From: Candidatus Omnitrophota bacterium
Lineage (GTDB): Bacteria; Omnitrophota; Gorgyraeia; Gygaellales; Profunditerraquicolaceae
Direction: 5' to 3'
Length of the DNA: 64,000 nt
NCBI GenBank assembly: GCA_035402765.1
Contig: DAONDX010000009.1
Coordinates: 10,350 to 74,349, forward strand
This document shows positions 8,544 through 17,555 of this stretch, one piece after another. The first letter of the stretch is position 1. Every line of letters begins with the position of its first letter. The position numbers and the translations under genes are program-made. The notes under the pieces were generated by a model that was not told the DNA's origin, made no database searches, and worked only from the letters and a program-made list of their open reading frames with translations.

Positions 8544-9404
8544 ATGTATAATAGAAAATTAAAATTATTTTTATTTATTTTTTTAGGAATTTTCAGCTTA
8601 ACTGCCGGTTATGCCGATGATTGGAAGGAGAAAAAAAGCGAACATTTTATCGTGTATTTCGAGCAGGATGATGCTTTTGCCCAGTCAGCATTAGACGGCG
8701 CGGAAAAAAATTACCGCAATATCGCTAATGATCTAGGATATGCGCGTTATTCCGAATTTTGGACTTGGGACAAAAGAGTAAAGATCTATATCTATCCGGA
8801 TCATGACGCTTTTTTAAGAGCTACCGGCCAGCCAAGTTGGTCAGAAGGCATGGCGGATTATACCAATAAACAAATAATCAGTTATGTCTGGGGTAAAGGT
8901 TTTATCGAATCTCTCCTTCCGCATGAAATAGCGCATTTGGTTTTCAGGGATTTTGTGGGTTTTAAAGGCGAAATCCCCCTGTGGCTGGATGAAGGGGTGG
9001 CCCAATGGGAGGAGGAAGCTAAAAGAAAAGAAATCAAGAATTTGATCCAGCGTTATTTTCAACAGGATAATTTGTTGTTGGTTAGCGATATCATGAAATT
9101 GAATATTTCGAATTTAAAAGATAAAACCGGGGTGTTGATCAGGGCGACCAAGACCAAAGACGGCAAAGATGGGGTGTTGTTTTTAAGCTCAAACAATCTA
9201 ATCGAAATTTATTATATGGAATCGGTTTCTCTGATCGGCTACTTGATCGAAAAGTTCGGTTCCGCTGCTTTTTCCGGATTTTGCCGTGAATTGCGCGACG
9301 GTAAAAGCGTAGAGGATGCTTTGAAAATATCCTATCCTTTATACATACACAATATTCAGGAATTTGAGGATGGATGGAGAGAATATCTGAAGGCAGGCAA
9401 TTAA
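8544..9404 (+). CDS. Secreted peptidase-MA-like protein (HExxH) of unknown function
   Basis: A signal peptide is present and HEIAHLV is followed by a downstream LDEG, consistent with a gluzincin-like fold. It is embedded between pilC and the pseudopilin genes. Confidence 0.45.
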   Translation: MYNRKLKLFLFIFLGIFSLTAGYADDWKEKKSEHFIVYFEQDDAFAQSALDGAEKNYRNIANDLGYARYSEFWTWDKRVKIYIYPDHDAFLRATGQPSWSEGMADYTNKQIISYVWGKGFIESLLPHEIAHLVFRDFVGFKGEIPLWLDEGVAQWEEEAKRKEIKNLIQRYFQQDNLLLVSDIMKLNISNLKDKTGVLIRATKTKDGKDGVLFLSSNNLIEIYYMESVSLIGYLIEKFGSAAFSGFCRELRDGKSVEDALKISYPLYIHNIQEFEDGWREYLKAGN

Positions 9405-9428
9405 TCAGAGGCTATCAGGAGGAAGACT

Positions 9429-9863
9429 ATGAACAAATTGTATAAGTTTCAAGCGGCAGTGAAAAATCCCGGGGGGTTTACCCTGATCGAATTGATGCTG
9501 GTGGTGGTAATTATCGGAGCGTTAGTGGCGATGGTTACGCCCAGACTTGCCGGTAGAGGGGAACAGGCCAGAGCGGCAGCCGCCAACGCAGATATCAATG
9601 CTAATATTGCTACGGGCCTGAAGCTTTATGAATTGGACAACGGTAATTTCCCGAGTACTTCAGAGGGGTTGAATGCTTTATTGGTTAAACCTGATTCCGC
9701 CCGGAATTGGAACGGCCCATATTTAGAAAAAAAACCCGTTGATCCCTGGGGTAAAGAGTATGAATATAAATCTCCCGGAGAGCATCGTAAAAGCGATTAC
9801 GATCTCTATTCTTTAGGCAAAGACGGAACGGAAAGTGCCGATGATGTCAATAACTGGGAATGA
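9429..9863 (+). CDS. gspG: Major pseudopilin, GspG-like, with a prepilin cleavage/methylation motif
   Basis: GGFTLIELMLVVVIIG is a class III signal peptide. The body matches GspG (NADINANIATGLKLYELDNGNFPS...DPWGKEYEY...DYDLYSLGKDG). Confidence 0.85.
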   Translation: MNKLYKFQAAVKNPGGFTLIELMLVVVIIGALVAMVTPRLAGRGEQARAAAANADINANIATGLKLYELDNGNFPSTSEGLNALLVKPDSARNWNGPYLEKKPVDPWGKEYEYKSPGEHRKSDYDLYSLGKDGTESADDVNNWE

Positions 9864-9882
9864 GGGGTCTTGCAATTTAAAG

Positions 9883-10293
9883 ATGCCGGCCGGTAAAATA
9901 TCCAATCAAAGATCTAAAAAAAAAGGTTTTACTCTTCTGGAAGTAATGATCGCTACTGCCGTTCTGGCGTTGGGGGCGACATTAATTTACCAGTCTTTTT
10001 TTATCGCCGTTAATTCTTTTAATTACTACTCCACGCTTTTGAAAGTATCTCCCTGGATGAATGAAACGATCTGGCAGGCTCAGAATCGCCTCCGACATCT
10101 GGGTTCGGGCGCGACGCTGTCTTCCGGCGGGCTGCTGAATATTAATAATAAAGATCTAAATTGGAGTTTATCCTATAATTCCCTGGATCAAACGGATAGT
10201 TTTTACCGGGTTAATTTAACGGTGGTTTGGCCGCAGGGAACCCGGCAGGTGAAATTATCAAGGTCTGCATATGCGATTTATACGAAAAAATAA
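9883..10293 (+). CDS. Minor pseudopilin (prepilin-type N-terminal domain)
   Basis: KKGFTLLEVMIATAVLALG is a prepilin motif. The start is placed at the ATG at 9883; the ORF-track start at 9835 would overlap gspG. Confidence 0.6.
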   Translation: MPAGKISNQRSKKKGFTLLEVMIATAVLALGATLIYQSFFIAVNSFNYYSTLLKVSPWMNETIWQAQNRLRHLGSGATLSSGGLLNINNKDLNWSLSYNSLDQTDSFYRVNLTVVWPQGTRQVKLSRSAYAIYTKK

Positions 10294-10855
10294 ATTAGGT
10301 TTTAGCCTGGTGGAGTTGTTGGTGGTTACCGGGATGCTCGGGGTAATTTCTTTAGCCATATTTGCGACTTTTAACAATGGGTTTAAGATCTGGAAAAGGA
10401 TCAATCAGCCATTGGCGGATGAGGATTTGGGATTTCTCTTCGATAAACTGGCAGTGGATTTGAACAATTGCCTAAAGTCTAACAGCATTTCTTTTTCCGG
10501 TAGTGAAAATAATTTAAGTGTTCCTACCCTGGTGGATAGCCCGGATCTGGCGGCCAGGACCGTGGGGGCGGTTGTTTATTCCTACGATCAGCCAGCCGGT
10601 TTATTGATCCGGCAGCCTAATGATTTCAGCCAGCTTTATCGCCACCATGAGGATAGCGGAGTTGTCCTGCTTAAAAATATCAGGTCCTTAAAATTCGAGT
10701 ATTATTATTATGATAAACTAAAGTCAGAGTATATTTGGAAAGAAGAATGGTCACAGGCGGGCTTGCCGCTAGCGGTAAGGGTGAGTTTAAATTTAAGGGA
10801 TGCATCTGAAAATGATAAAATTATCCGGACGTTTAATATTCCTATCGGAGGCTAA
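10271..10855 (+). CDS. Minor pseudopilin (prepilin-type N-terminal domain)
   Basis: The prepilin motif KLGFSLVELLVVTGMLGVISLAIFA is present. Confidence 0.6.
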   Translation: MRFIRKNKLGFSLVELLVVTGMLGVISLAIFATFNNGFKIWKRINQPLADEDLGFLFDKLAVDLNNCLKSNSISFSGSENNLSVPTLVDSPDLAARTVGAVVYSYDQPAGLLIRQPNDFSQLYRHHEDSGVVLLKNIRSLKFEYYYYDKLKSEYIWKEEWSQAGLPLAVRVSLNLRDASENDKIIRTFNIPIGG

Positions 10856-11849
10856 AAGCCGAGGCAGCATCCTGATCGTTGCTTTGTGGTCGCTTTGTCT
10901 ACTGTCGGCATTTGCGGTTATTTTGAATTATCAGGTGCGGCAGGAGCTGGCTTTAGCCATTCGCCTTGATCAGCGGGACCGGCTGCGCCTGATTGCCGAA
11001 GCCGGAGTCGATCAGGCAATTATGGAATTAAAAAGCAACCCGGAAAAAATGTATTATTGCTTAGCCGATAGCTGGAGCAATAATCCGGCCGCTTTTAAAA
11101 ATATTCAAGTGGGCAGCGGAGAGTTTAGCCTGACCCATAGCTATCCGGAAAAAAAATCCGGTCTGATGCAGACCGGTTACGGCTGTGTCGATGAAGAAAG
11201 TAAAATTAATATTAATAAGGCTGAGTCCGGAGTATTGGAACGCCTTTTTAGAATTGTTTTAGCTTGTGATGAAATCCAGGCCCAGGAGTTGGCAGCTAGT
11301 ATACTGGATTGGAGAGATGAGGACAGCGCGCTCTCTATTCCGACGGGCAGCGCGGAAGATGATTATTATACTAACCTGCCTTTTCCTTATGCCGCGAAAA
11401 ATTCAGCATTTGAGGTATTGGAAGAATTACTTTTAGTTAAAGGATTTAGTGATAATGTTTTTGAAAAAATAAAAGACTATGTTACTATCTATGGAGAAGG
11501 CAGAGTCAATATTAACACCGCAAATGAAGTTGTGCTTTTTGCTTTAGGGCTGGATGAGAAGATCGTGGATAGGATCGCAGCTTATCGCGCCGGAGAAGAT
11601 GAATTGATCGGCACGCTGGATGATAATGTTTTCGCAGCCGCTTCGGACATTGTGCCGACCTTGAGTCAAATTTATCAGTTCAGTCCTTCCGAGCTGGAGC
11701 GGTTTAATCTGGTGGCTAATTTGTTTTTAGGAGTTAGCTCCAGCAATTTTTTAATTAAGGCTACGGCTAGTTTGACGGAAAAGAATTCACAAACCGTCTT
11801 TTGTGTAGTCAAGCGTGACGGTAAGATTCTTTACTGGCGGGAAGATTAA
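10800..11849 (+). CDS. gspK: GspK-like minor pseudopilin
   Basis: An N-terminal RGSILIVALWSL matches the GspK signature (GxALLxVLW). The C-terminal ININTANEVVLFALGLDEKIVDRIAAYR is the helix-hairpin-helix region typical of GspK. The true start is probably an internal Met near 10812. Confidence 0.65.
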   Translation: MHLKMIKLSGRLIFLSEAKSRGSILIVALWSLCLLSAFAVILNYQVRQELALAIRLDQRDRLRLIAEAGVDQAIMELKSNPEKMYYCLADSWSNNPAAFKNIQVGSGEFSLTHSYPEKKSGLMQTGYGCVDEESKININKAESGVLERLFRIVLACDEIQAQELAASILDWRDEDSALSIPTGSAEDDYYTNLPFPYAAKNSAFEVLEELLLVKGFSDNVFEKIKDYVTIYGEGRVNINTANEVVLFALGLDEKIVDRIAAYRAGEDELIGTLDDNVFAAASDIVPTLSQIYQFSPSELERFNLVANLFLGVSSSNFLIKATASLTEKNSQTVFCVVKRDGKILYWRED

Positions 11850-11853
11850 ATAA

Positions 11854-13332
11854 ATGTTTAAATTTAATATGGATAATTTAAAACTTTTGTCCGGATTAAC
11901 TAACCAGGAATTGGTGGGGGTTAATTTTAACGGGAACAGCTTAAAAATCTCCCATATTAAAATTTCGCCCAATCGTAAAGAAGTAGTTAATCTGCTGAAT
12001 TTAGACATTACCGCTCTTAACGATATAGATATCGCTAAGGCGATCCAGGTTGCCATCGGCGCACTCCGGGGCAGAAAAGTTGAGATCGTGGATGTGGTTC
12101 CGACACAGCTGGTGATCACGAAAAATATCGAAATTCCCTCCATTGACAAGAAAGAGATTAAGGAAATTCTTAATCTGCAGGCCGGCCGGCATACCCCCTA
12201 TTCAAGAGAGGAAATCATTGTTGATTATGTCGAGATCGGCACCTATAAACATAGCTATACTAAGGTGCTGTTGGTGATTGTTGCCCGCTCCGTGGTCAAA
12301 CGGCATTATGAAATATTGGACCGGGCGGGTTTTAAGTTAAAAAAGGCTCTTTTGGCTTCTGAAGGGATGGCACTGGCAATTTCTAAAACCTTAAGGCTAG
12401 AGACAGATAATGCGCCGGTTAATATACTGCACGTTGATGAAAATTTTACGGATTTTAGTATTGTCCTTAAGAATAAGGTTATATTTATTCGTTCTATTCC
12501 TATCGGGACTTCTCAATTAAAGAATGAAAAAGAAGTTTATCAGATTAAATTTGTAGATGAACTGAAAAGGTCTCTGGAGGCTTATTTAGGCGGAGACATT
12601 GAAATAAGTCCGCATATGTTAATTCTAACCGGCGCGGAAGAAGAACTCAAAGAGATTGAAAGCCTGCTGAATAACACGCTGCATTTACCGGTAAAAACTA
12701 TGCCGTATGCTAATATCTTTGGTATTTCAGAATTGGCCCGCGGAGCAATGGCTAAATTCCGGCAGCTGTCTTTTTTTGATGTGATCGCGCCGATTTTAAA
12801 TTGCGGAGAGATGAAAATTGACCTTATCCCGGAAGAAGCCAGGGTGCGCCGGTCCATTGAAGAGAGAGGCAAGGATTTGATTAAAACCGGGATTTTTATT
12901 TTATCCATTTTGATTGTCACTTTTTTTATTCTGACCAGCAAAATTTATTTTAAGGGCGCGCAACTGAATAAATTGGAAAGCAGGTATGCGACAATTAATC
13001 AGGAAGCGAAGAAATTAGAAAAAGATCTTTTAAAGGTCGGTTTGGTAAAAAATTACCTGACCAACCGCGGGTATTCTTTAGAGATACTTACGGAATTGCA
13101 TTCTTTGGTTTCTGAAGATATAGAGTTAAGCGAAATCCGCTATGATGGGGATAAATTTTCGGTAAAAGGCACGGCCAATGCCATGTCTTCAGTTTTTTCT
13201 TTTGTTGATCTTATGGAAAAATCAAAATATTTCAAAGAAGTTAAAACCCGCTATACTACTAAGCGCAAAGATGGTTTAAGAGACTTGACGGATTTTGAAA
13301 TTGTGGCGCAGACCGAAAGGCCGCAAGAATGA
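11854..13332 (+). CDS. PilM-like actin-fold assembly protein fused to a PilN-like TM and periplasmic segment (GspL-equivalent)
   Basis: A ~340-aa cytoplasmic PilM-like domain is followed by a single TM (IFILSILIVTFFIL) and a ~130-aa periplasmic coiled-coil tail. Confidence 0.65.
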   Translation: MFKFNMDNLKLLSGLTNQELVGVNFNGNSLKISHIKISPNRKEVVNLLNLDITALNDIDIAKAIQVAIGALRGRKVEIVDVVPTQLVITKNIEIPSIDKKEIKEILNLQAGRHTPYSREEIIVDYVEIGTYKHSYTKVLLVIVARSVVKRHYEILDRAGFKLKKALLASEGMALAISKTLRLETDNAPVNILHVDENFTDFSIVLKNKVIFIRSIPIGTSQLKNEKEVYQIKFVDELKRSLEAYLGGDIEISPHMLILTGAEEELKEIESLLNNTLHLPVKTMPYANIFGISELARGAMAKFRQLSFFDVIAPILNCGEMKIDLIPEEARVRRSIEERGKDLIKTGIFILSILIVTFFILTSKIYFKGAQLNKLESRYATINQEAKKLEKDLLKVGLVKNYLTNRGYSLEILTELHSLVSEDIELSEIRYDGDKFSVKGTANAMSSVFSFVDLMEKSKYFKEVKTRYTTKRKDGLRDLTDFEIVAQTERPQE

Positions 13333-13898
13333 TAAAACTGCCGAATCTTAAGGCGCTCCAGGTGTTCCTGGGGCGTTTATCAAAAAAAGATAAAATAATT
13401 TTTTATATTGCCGTTTTTGTTGTTTCTTTGATGGTCTTGGACCGGGCGATCATCTCGCCGGTATTTAATAAGATCAGGTCCTTGAATAAAGAAGTTAAAG
13501 ATGAGCAGGCGACGATTAAGAAAAATTTACGTATCCTGGCCCAGAAGGACAGGATATTATCGGAAGGTGCCAAATACAGTTCTTTTCTGGGCGATGCCCA
13601 ACTTAGCGATGATGAACAGATAACTTTGGTTTTAAAGGAAATTGAAAGTTTAGCCAGCAAGAGTTCGGTATATCTGGTGGATATGAAACCTTCCGGGACA
13701 AAAGAATCAGGTTCTTCAAAAAGGATCATGATCAACTTGAATTGTGAAGCCCAGATGGAGCAGCTGGTTGATTTTATGTATAATTTAGAAAATTCGAATA
13801 TTTTGCTTTCTATCGAGAAATATCAACTGACTCCTAAAACTAAAGAATCCAGTGTAGCAAAATGCAGTATTTCGGTTTACAAGGTAGTTGCGTTATAA
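13329..13898 (+). CDS. GspM/PilO-like bitopic assembly protein
   Basis: It has an N-terminal TM, a coiled coil and a C-terminal alpha/beta domain. It lies directly after the GspL-like gene in a translationally coupled operon. Confidence 0.5.
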   Translation: MIKLPNLKALQVFLGRLSKKDKIIFYIAVFVVSLMVLDRAIISPVFNKIRSLNKEVKDEQATIKKNLRILAQKDRILSEGAKYSSFLGDAQLSDDEQITLVLKEIESLASKSSVYLVDMKPSGTKESGSSKRIMINLNCEAQMEQLVDFMYNLENSNILLSIEKYQLTPKTKESSVAKCSISVYKVVAL

Positions 13899-14067
13899 TG
13901 TTTAAGTAAATAAAAAATTAATTTTTAACCGCGGTTTTGGATGATGAGCCGGTTTGGCAGAACGGCCGGGGCGAAGCGCGTAGATTCATATCGCGCGATC
14001 CGCTGGATAGTTATCTCCGGCGCTGTTAAGTACTGCGCCGGTATCCGCTAGGTAGCGGAGAAAGGGG

Positions 14068-14544
14068 ATGGAAATGAAAAAAACATTTTTTTTAGTTTTA
14101 GCTTTAGTGTTGGCCTGGAATTTTTCCGCGCAGGCTTTGGAGACCACCTTGATTGATACCCGCAATGAGATTCTAAAAACATCGGAGGAGCTAAAAACAT
14201 ATTTTACTACCACCCGGGATCCGGTTTTATTGAACAGCCTGTGGGATTCTTCAATTATGGCGGTTTCGCAGCTGGATGCCTATTTTTCTATGTTGGGGAT
14301 ATTTAATACGATAAAAAAAGAAAATTTAGACCAAGCTGCGTTTACTTACCTGATTAAATGGTTGAACCAATTAAAAGACTCCACTGCCTCAAATATAAAA
14401 AGCTTGAGTTCCATCAAGAAGACTACTGATGCCCGCAGTAAAGCTTACGTATTAAAATTAAAGGATATATTTAGTAACCTGGAATCGCGTATTGATAAAG
14501 AACTCCAAAGCGTTACGAAGTATTCGGAATCAATTAAGCAATAA
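14068..14544 (+). CDS. Small secreted hypothetical protein
   Basis: A signal peptide MEMKKTFFLVLALVLAWNFSAQA is followed by a helical, low-complexity body. An RBS GGAGAAAGGGG lies upstream. Confidence 0.4.
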   Translation: MEMKKTFFLVLALVLAWNFSAQALETTLIDTRNEILKTSEELKTYFTTTRDPVLLNSLWDSSIMAVSQLDAYFSMLGIFNTIKKENLDQAAFTYLIKWLNQLKDSTASNIKSLSSIKKTTDARSKAYVLKLKDIFSNLESRIDKELQSVTKYSESIKQ

Positions 14545-14698
14545 TCGGCTGCAGGTTTTAATGTTTTAGCTTGGTAAATGGCTCCAGACAGCTTAAGCTG
14601 ACAGAGCGCCATCGATCAAGTGGCCGGCTTTTTTAGTTATAGCTATCGAAGATTTACCGGGCTTAAAGGGTAGAAGGCCTTAATTAAGGAGAGAAACG

Positions 14699-15541
14699 AT
14701 GCGTAAATTCATCTTGCTATTTCAATGTCAAGACCGCAAAGGGATTGTGGCCAAAATTTCTGATTTTATTCTCAAGGTAGGCGGTAATATTATTACCGCT
14801 GATCAATACAGTACAGACCCGGAAGGCGGGTATTTTTTTATACGGATAGAGTTTGTTTTGGACAGCCAACAGGCTAACTTGCAAAGCCTGGCTTCAGCTT
14901 TTAGCCCGCTAGCCGATGAGTTCGGTGCTAGTTGGAATATCTATGACCGTTCTGAAGTCCTGCGTATGGGTATTTTTGTGTCTGAACCGGATCATTGTTT
15001 AGCGGATGTTTTATATTTATGGAACGCGGGTGAATTAAATGTAAAAATCCCGTTTGTTTTAAGTAATTGCGAAAAACACCGCAAGTTAGTAACTGGATAC
15101 AACCTGCCTTTTTATTATGTGCCGGCCAATAAAGACAATCGCCGCGAGGAAGAGCTATTGGCTTATGCTTCTGATGCGACAGATTTTTTAGTGCTGGCCC
15201 GTTATATGCTGGTGCTTTCGCCGGATTTCCTGCGCAAATATAATAAAGATATAATTAATATTCACCATGGGTTTCTGCCTTCTTTTAAAGGAGTGGATCC
15301 TTACGCCCAGGCACTTAAAAAAGGAGTTAAGGTGATCGGTTCTACCGTCCATTTTGTGAATAATCAACTTGATGAAGGTCCGATCATTGCCCAAGAAGTT
15401 GAGTATATATCACACAAGGATAATCTTGTTGATCTGGTCCGTAAAGGAAAGCAGACGGAAAGAAAGGCCTTGGTGCATGCTTTATCCAGCTACATCGATT
15501 ACCGGATAATTAAACACGAAAATAAAACTATAGTTTTTTAG
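14699..15541 (+). CDS. purU: Formyltetrahydrofolate deformylase
   Basis: An N-terminal ACT domain is followed by a formyltransferase domain. Confidence 0.85.
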   Translation: MRKFILLFQCQDRKGIVAKISDFILKVGGNIITADQYSTDPEGGYFFIRIEFVLDSQQANLQSLASAFSPLADEFGASWNIYDRSEVLRMGIFVSEPDHCLADVLYLWNAGELNVKIPFVLSNCEKHRKLVTGYNLPFYYVPANKDNRREEELLAYASDATDFLVLARYMLVLSPDFLRKYNKDIINIHHGFLPSFKGVDPYAQALKKGVKVIGSTVHFVNNQLDEGPIIAQEVEYISHKDNLVDLVRKGKQTERKALVHALSSYIDYRIIKHENKTIVF

Positions 15542-15569
15542 GCGTTTACAAATATAATCAGGCTGGGAT

Positions 15570-16406
15570 TCAGATGTTTTTTAATTTTTGAATGACCTCT
15601 TGGATGCTGGATTCCGGAGTAGAGGCCCCCGCAGTAATCCCCACGTTTTTGGCATTTTTTAGCCAGGTCTTCTTAATTTCTTGCGCGGAGTTTACCCAAT
15701 AACTATTTTTGTTCAGAGATTTTGAGATTTCGTAAATTCTTTTGGTATTGGCGCTGGTTTTTGAGCCGATGATAATCATCACAGAGTTTTTTTTCGGCAT
15801 AATTTTGACTTCATTCTGCTTGATTCTGGTAGGATTACAGATGGTGTTATGGAAGTCGATTTTGGGAATATATTTACGCAAGATTTCCAGGATCGCCAGG
15901 GCATTATCCAGGTTTTGAGTGGACTGAATAATTATTCCGGCTTTTTTAATCTTTTTGATTTTAGCTAAGGGAATGCTTTGCAGCTTATCGATTACCAGGG
16001 CTTTAGTTTTAAGCTGCCCGATGATCCCCCGGACTTCATCATGCTGTTTGTCCCCGATTATAATTATTTGATCGCCATTATTTTCTAAACTGCGGGCGAT
16101 TCCGTGGATTTCTTTTACCATCGGGCAGGTTGCATCAATAACCTGCCAGCCCAGGTTTTTAGCTTGCTGTAAAGTATGCTTTGATGAGCCGTGCGCGCGG
16201 ATGAGCAATGTCTTGCCTGCTCCCGAAGTAAGACGGCGGATTTTTTTAATTCCGGCATTGCGGATTGATTCTACCACCTTTTCATTGTGCACAATATCTC
16301 CGAGCATGAATACTAATTTCCTGGTTTTAGCGGTTTCTAAAGCTTTAGTGATCGCTTTTCTTACTCCAAAACAGAAACCCGCGGATTTAGCTAAGTTAAT
16401 TTTCAT
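15570..16406 (-). CDS. ispH: 4-hydroxy-3-methylbut-2-enyl diphosphate reductase
   Basis: FCFGVRKAI, DATCPMV and CNPT motifs mark the three Cys ligands of LytB. Confidence 0.9.
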   Translation of the reverse strand: MKINLAKSAGFCFGVRKAITKALETAKTRKLVFMLGDIVHNEKVVESIRNAGIKKIRRLTSGAGKTLLIRAHGSSKHTLQQAKNLGWQVIDATCPMVKEIHGIARSLENNGDQIIIIGDKQHDEVRGIIGQLKTKALVIDKLQSIPLAKIKKIKKAGIIIQSTQNLDNALAILEILRKYIPKIDFHNTICNPTRIKQNEVKIMPKKNSVMIIIGSKTSANTKRIYEISKSLNKNSYWVNSAQEIKKTWLKNAKNVGITAGASTPESSIQEVIQKLKNI

Positions 16407-16459
16407 CGGTTTTTTAAGCTATATTGTTAATTGATAATTTTCGTTGGCAAGCTGCGGAA

Positions 16460-17500
16460 TCAGACTTTCAGGATCTTCCGGGAAAAATCATCCAGCGCCT
16501 GTTTATATCTTTGGTCCATGCCTAAACTATTAATTTGAATTAAGGCCTGTCGGTGCAAGTCTTGAATTTGATTCTGGGCGTAAACTATGGCTCCGCTAGC
16601 CTTAATAATCTTGCGCATTTTAAGCAGTTGTGATTTTTGAGTAATCTTATTTTCCATAATTCTTTTGATTATCTGTCGGTTTTGGGAACTGGTGTGGTGA
16701 TAGGCATACCAGATCAACAATGTCCTTTTGGCTTCCTGAATATCGGTAAGATTGGATTTGCCGGTATCCTTAACTTCGCCGAAAGTTCCGATGATATCAT
16801 CTTTGATCTGAAAGGCTCTGCCCAGAAGTAAACCGTAGTCATTTAGTCTTTTGATCTGCCAGCCGTTTGCTCCCGCTAAAATCGCGCCCATGGTCAGAGG
16901 GGAAGAGAAGGTGTAATTAGCCGTCTTATAATCATAAATTTTATAAATATCCCGGCGGGTGACTTTTTCGATCGGTTTGGTTCCCAGCAATAATTCAATG
17001 AATTCTCCGCTGCCGGTATACAGAGCGGCTAAAAACAGTTTTCGCAGTGCCGCTTCCTTGCGGGCCGGAGCTTCTTTAATTGCCAGAAAGGCGTCCAGAG
17101 CCATTGCGTACATTACGTCGCCGACAACGATCGCCAGATCTTCTCCGTTAAATTTAATTTTTTTATTTTTGCCCAAGGTATTTTTCAGTAAGGTATGCAT
17201 GGAAGGTTTGCCGCGGCGCTGGTCGCTCTTATCGATAATATCGTCGTGGACAAGCATAAAATCGTGGAGCAATTCCAGAGATAGGGCGCTGCGGTAAAGC
17301 CCGGAGGGCATTTTTTTAGAAAATCCCAGGTAACCGATACAAAATAATATCGGCCGGACCCTTTTGCCATCGCGGCAGATAAACTCTTTAATATTTTTAA
17401 AAAGAATAGGAGAGAGTTTATTAAGTGCGTATAGTTTATTGATTGAACCGGTATAGGCTATGAGCTCTTTTTCAAGTTTCTTTTTTATTTTCAAAAACAT
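16460..17500 (-). CDS. Polyprenyl diphosphate synthase (IspA/IspB/GGPPS family)
   Basis: Both aspartate-rich motifs are present: LVHDDIIDKSDQRRG and FQIKDDIIG. Confidence 0.85.
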   Translation of the reverse strand: MFLKIKKKLEKELIAYTGSINKLYALNKLSPILFKNIKEFICRDGKRVRPILFCIGYLGFSKKMPSGLYRSALSLELLHDFMLVHDDIIDKSDQRRGKPSMHTLLKNTLGKNKKIKFNGEDLAIVVGDVMYAMALDAFLAIKEAPARKEAALRKLFLAALYTGSGEFIELLLGTKPIEKVTRRDIYKIYDYKTANYTFSSPLTMGAILAGANGWQIKRLNDYGLLLGRAFQIKDDIIGTFGEVKDTGKSNLTDIQEAKRTLLIWYAYHHTSSQNRQIIKRIMENKITQKSQLLKMRKIIKASGAIVYAQNQIQDLHRQALIQINSLGMDQRYKQALDDFSRKILKV

Positions 17501-17555
17501 AATTTATGTTAACATATAAAGAGTAATTATGCAATTATTTTGGCGGGGTTAGAAA

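Noticed and set aside
14545-14698. 12-bp palindrome CAGCTTAAGCTG and a GGCCGGC-TTTTTT element upstream of purU as a PurR box or terminator
   Set aside because: The palindrome does not match known PurR/PurBox consensus and contains an AflII site that could be a chance occurrence. The putative terminator has essentially no stem. It is kept only as a note.
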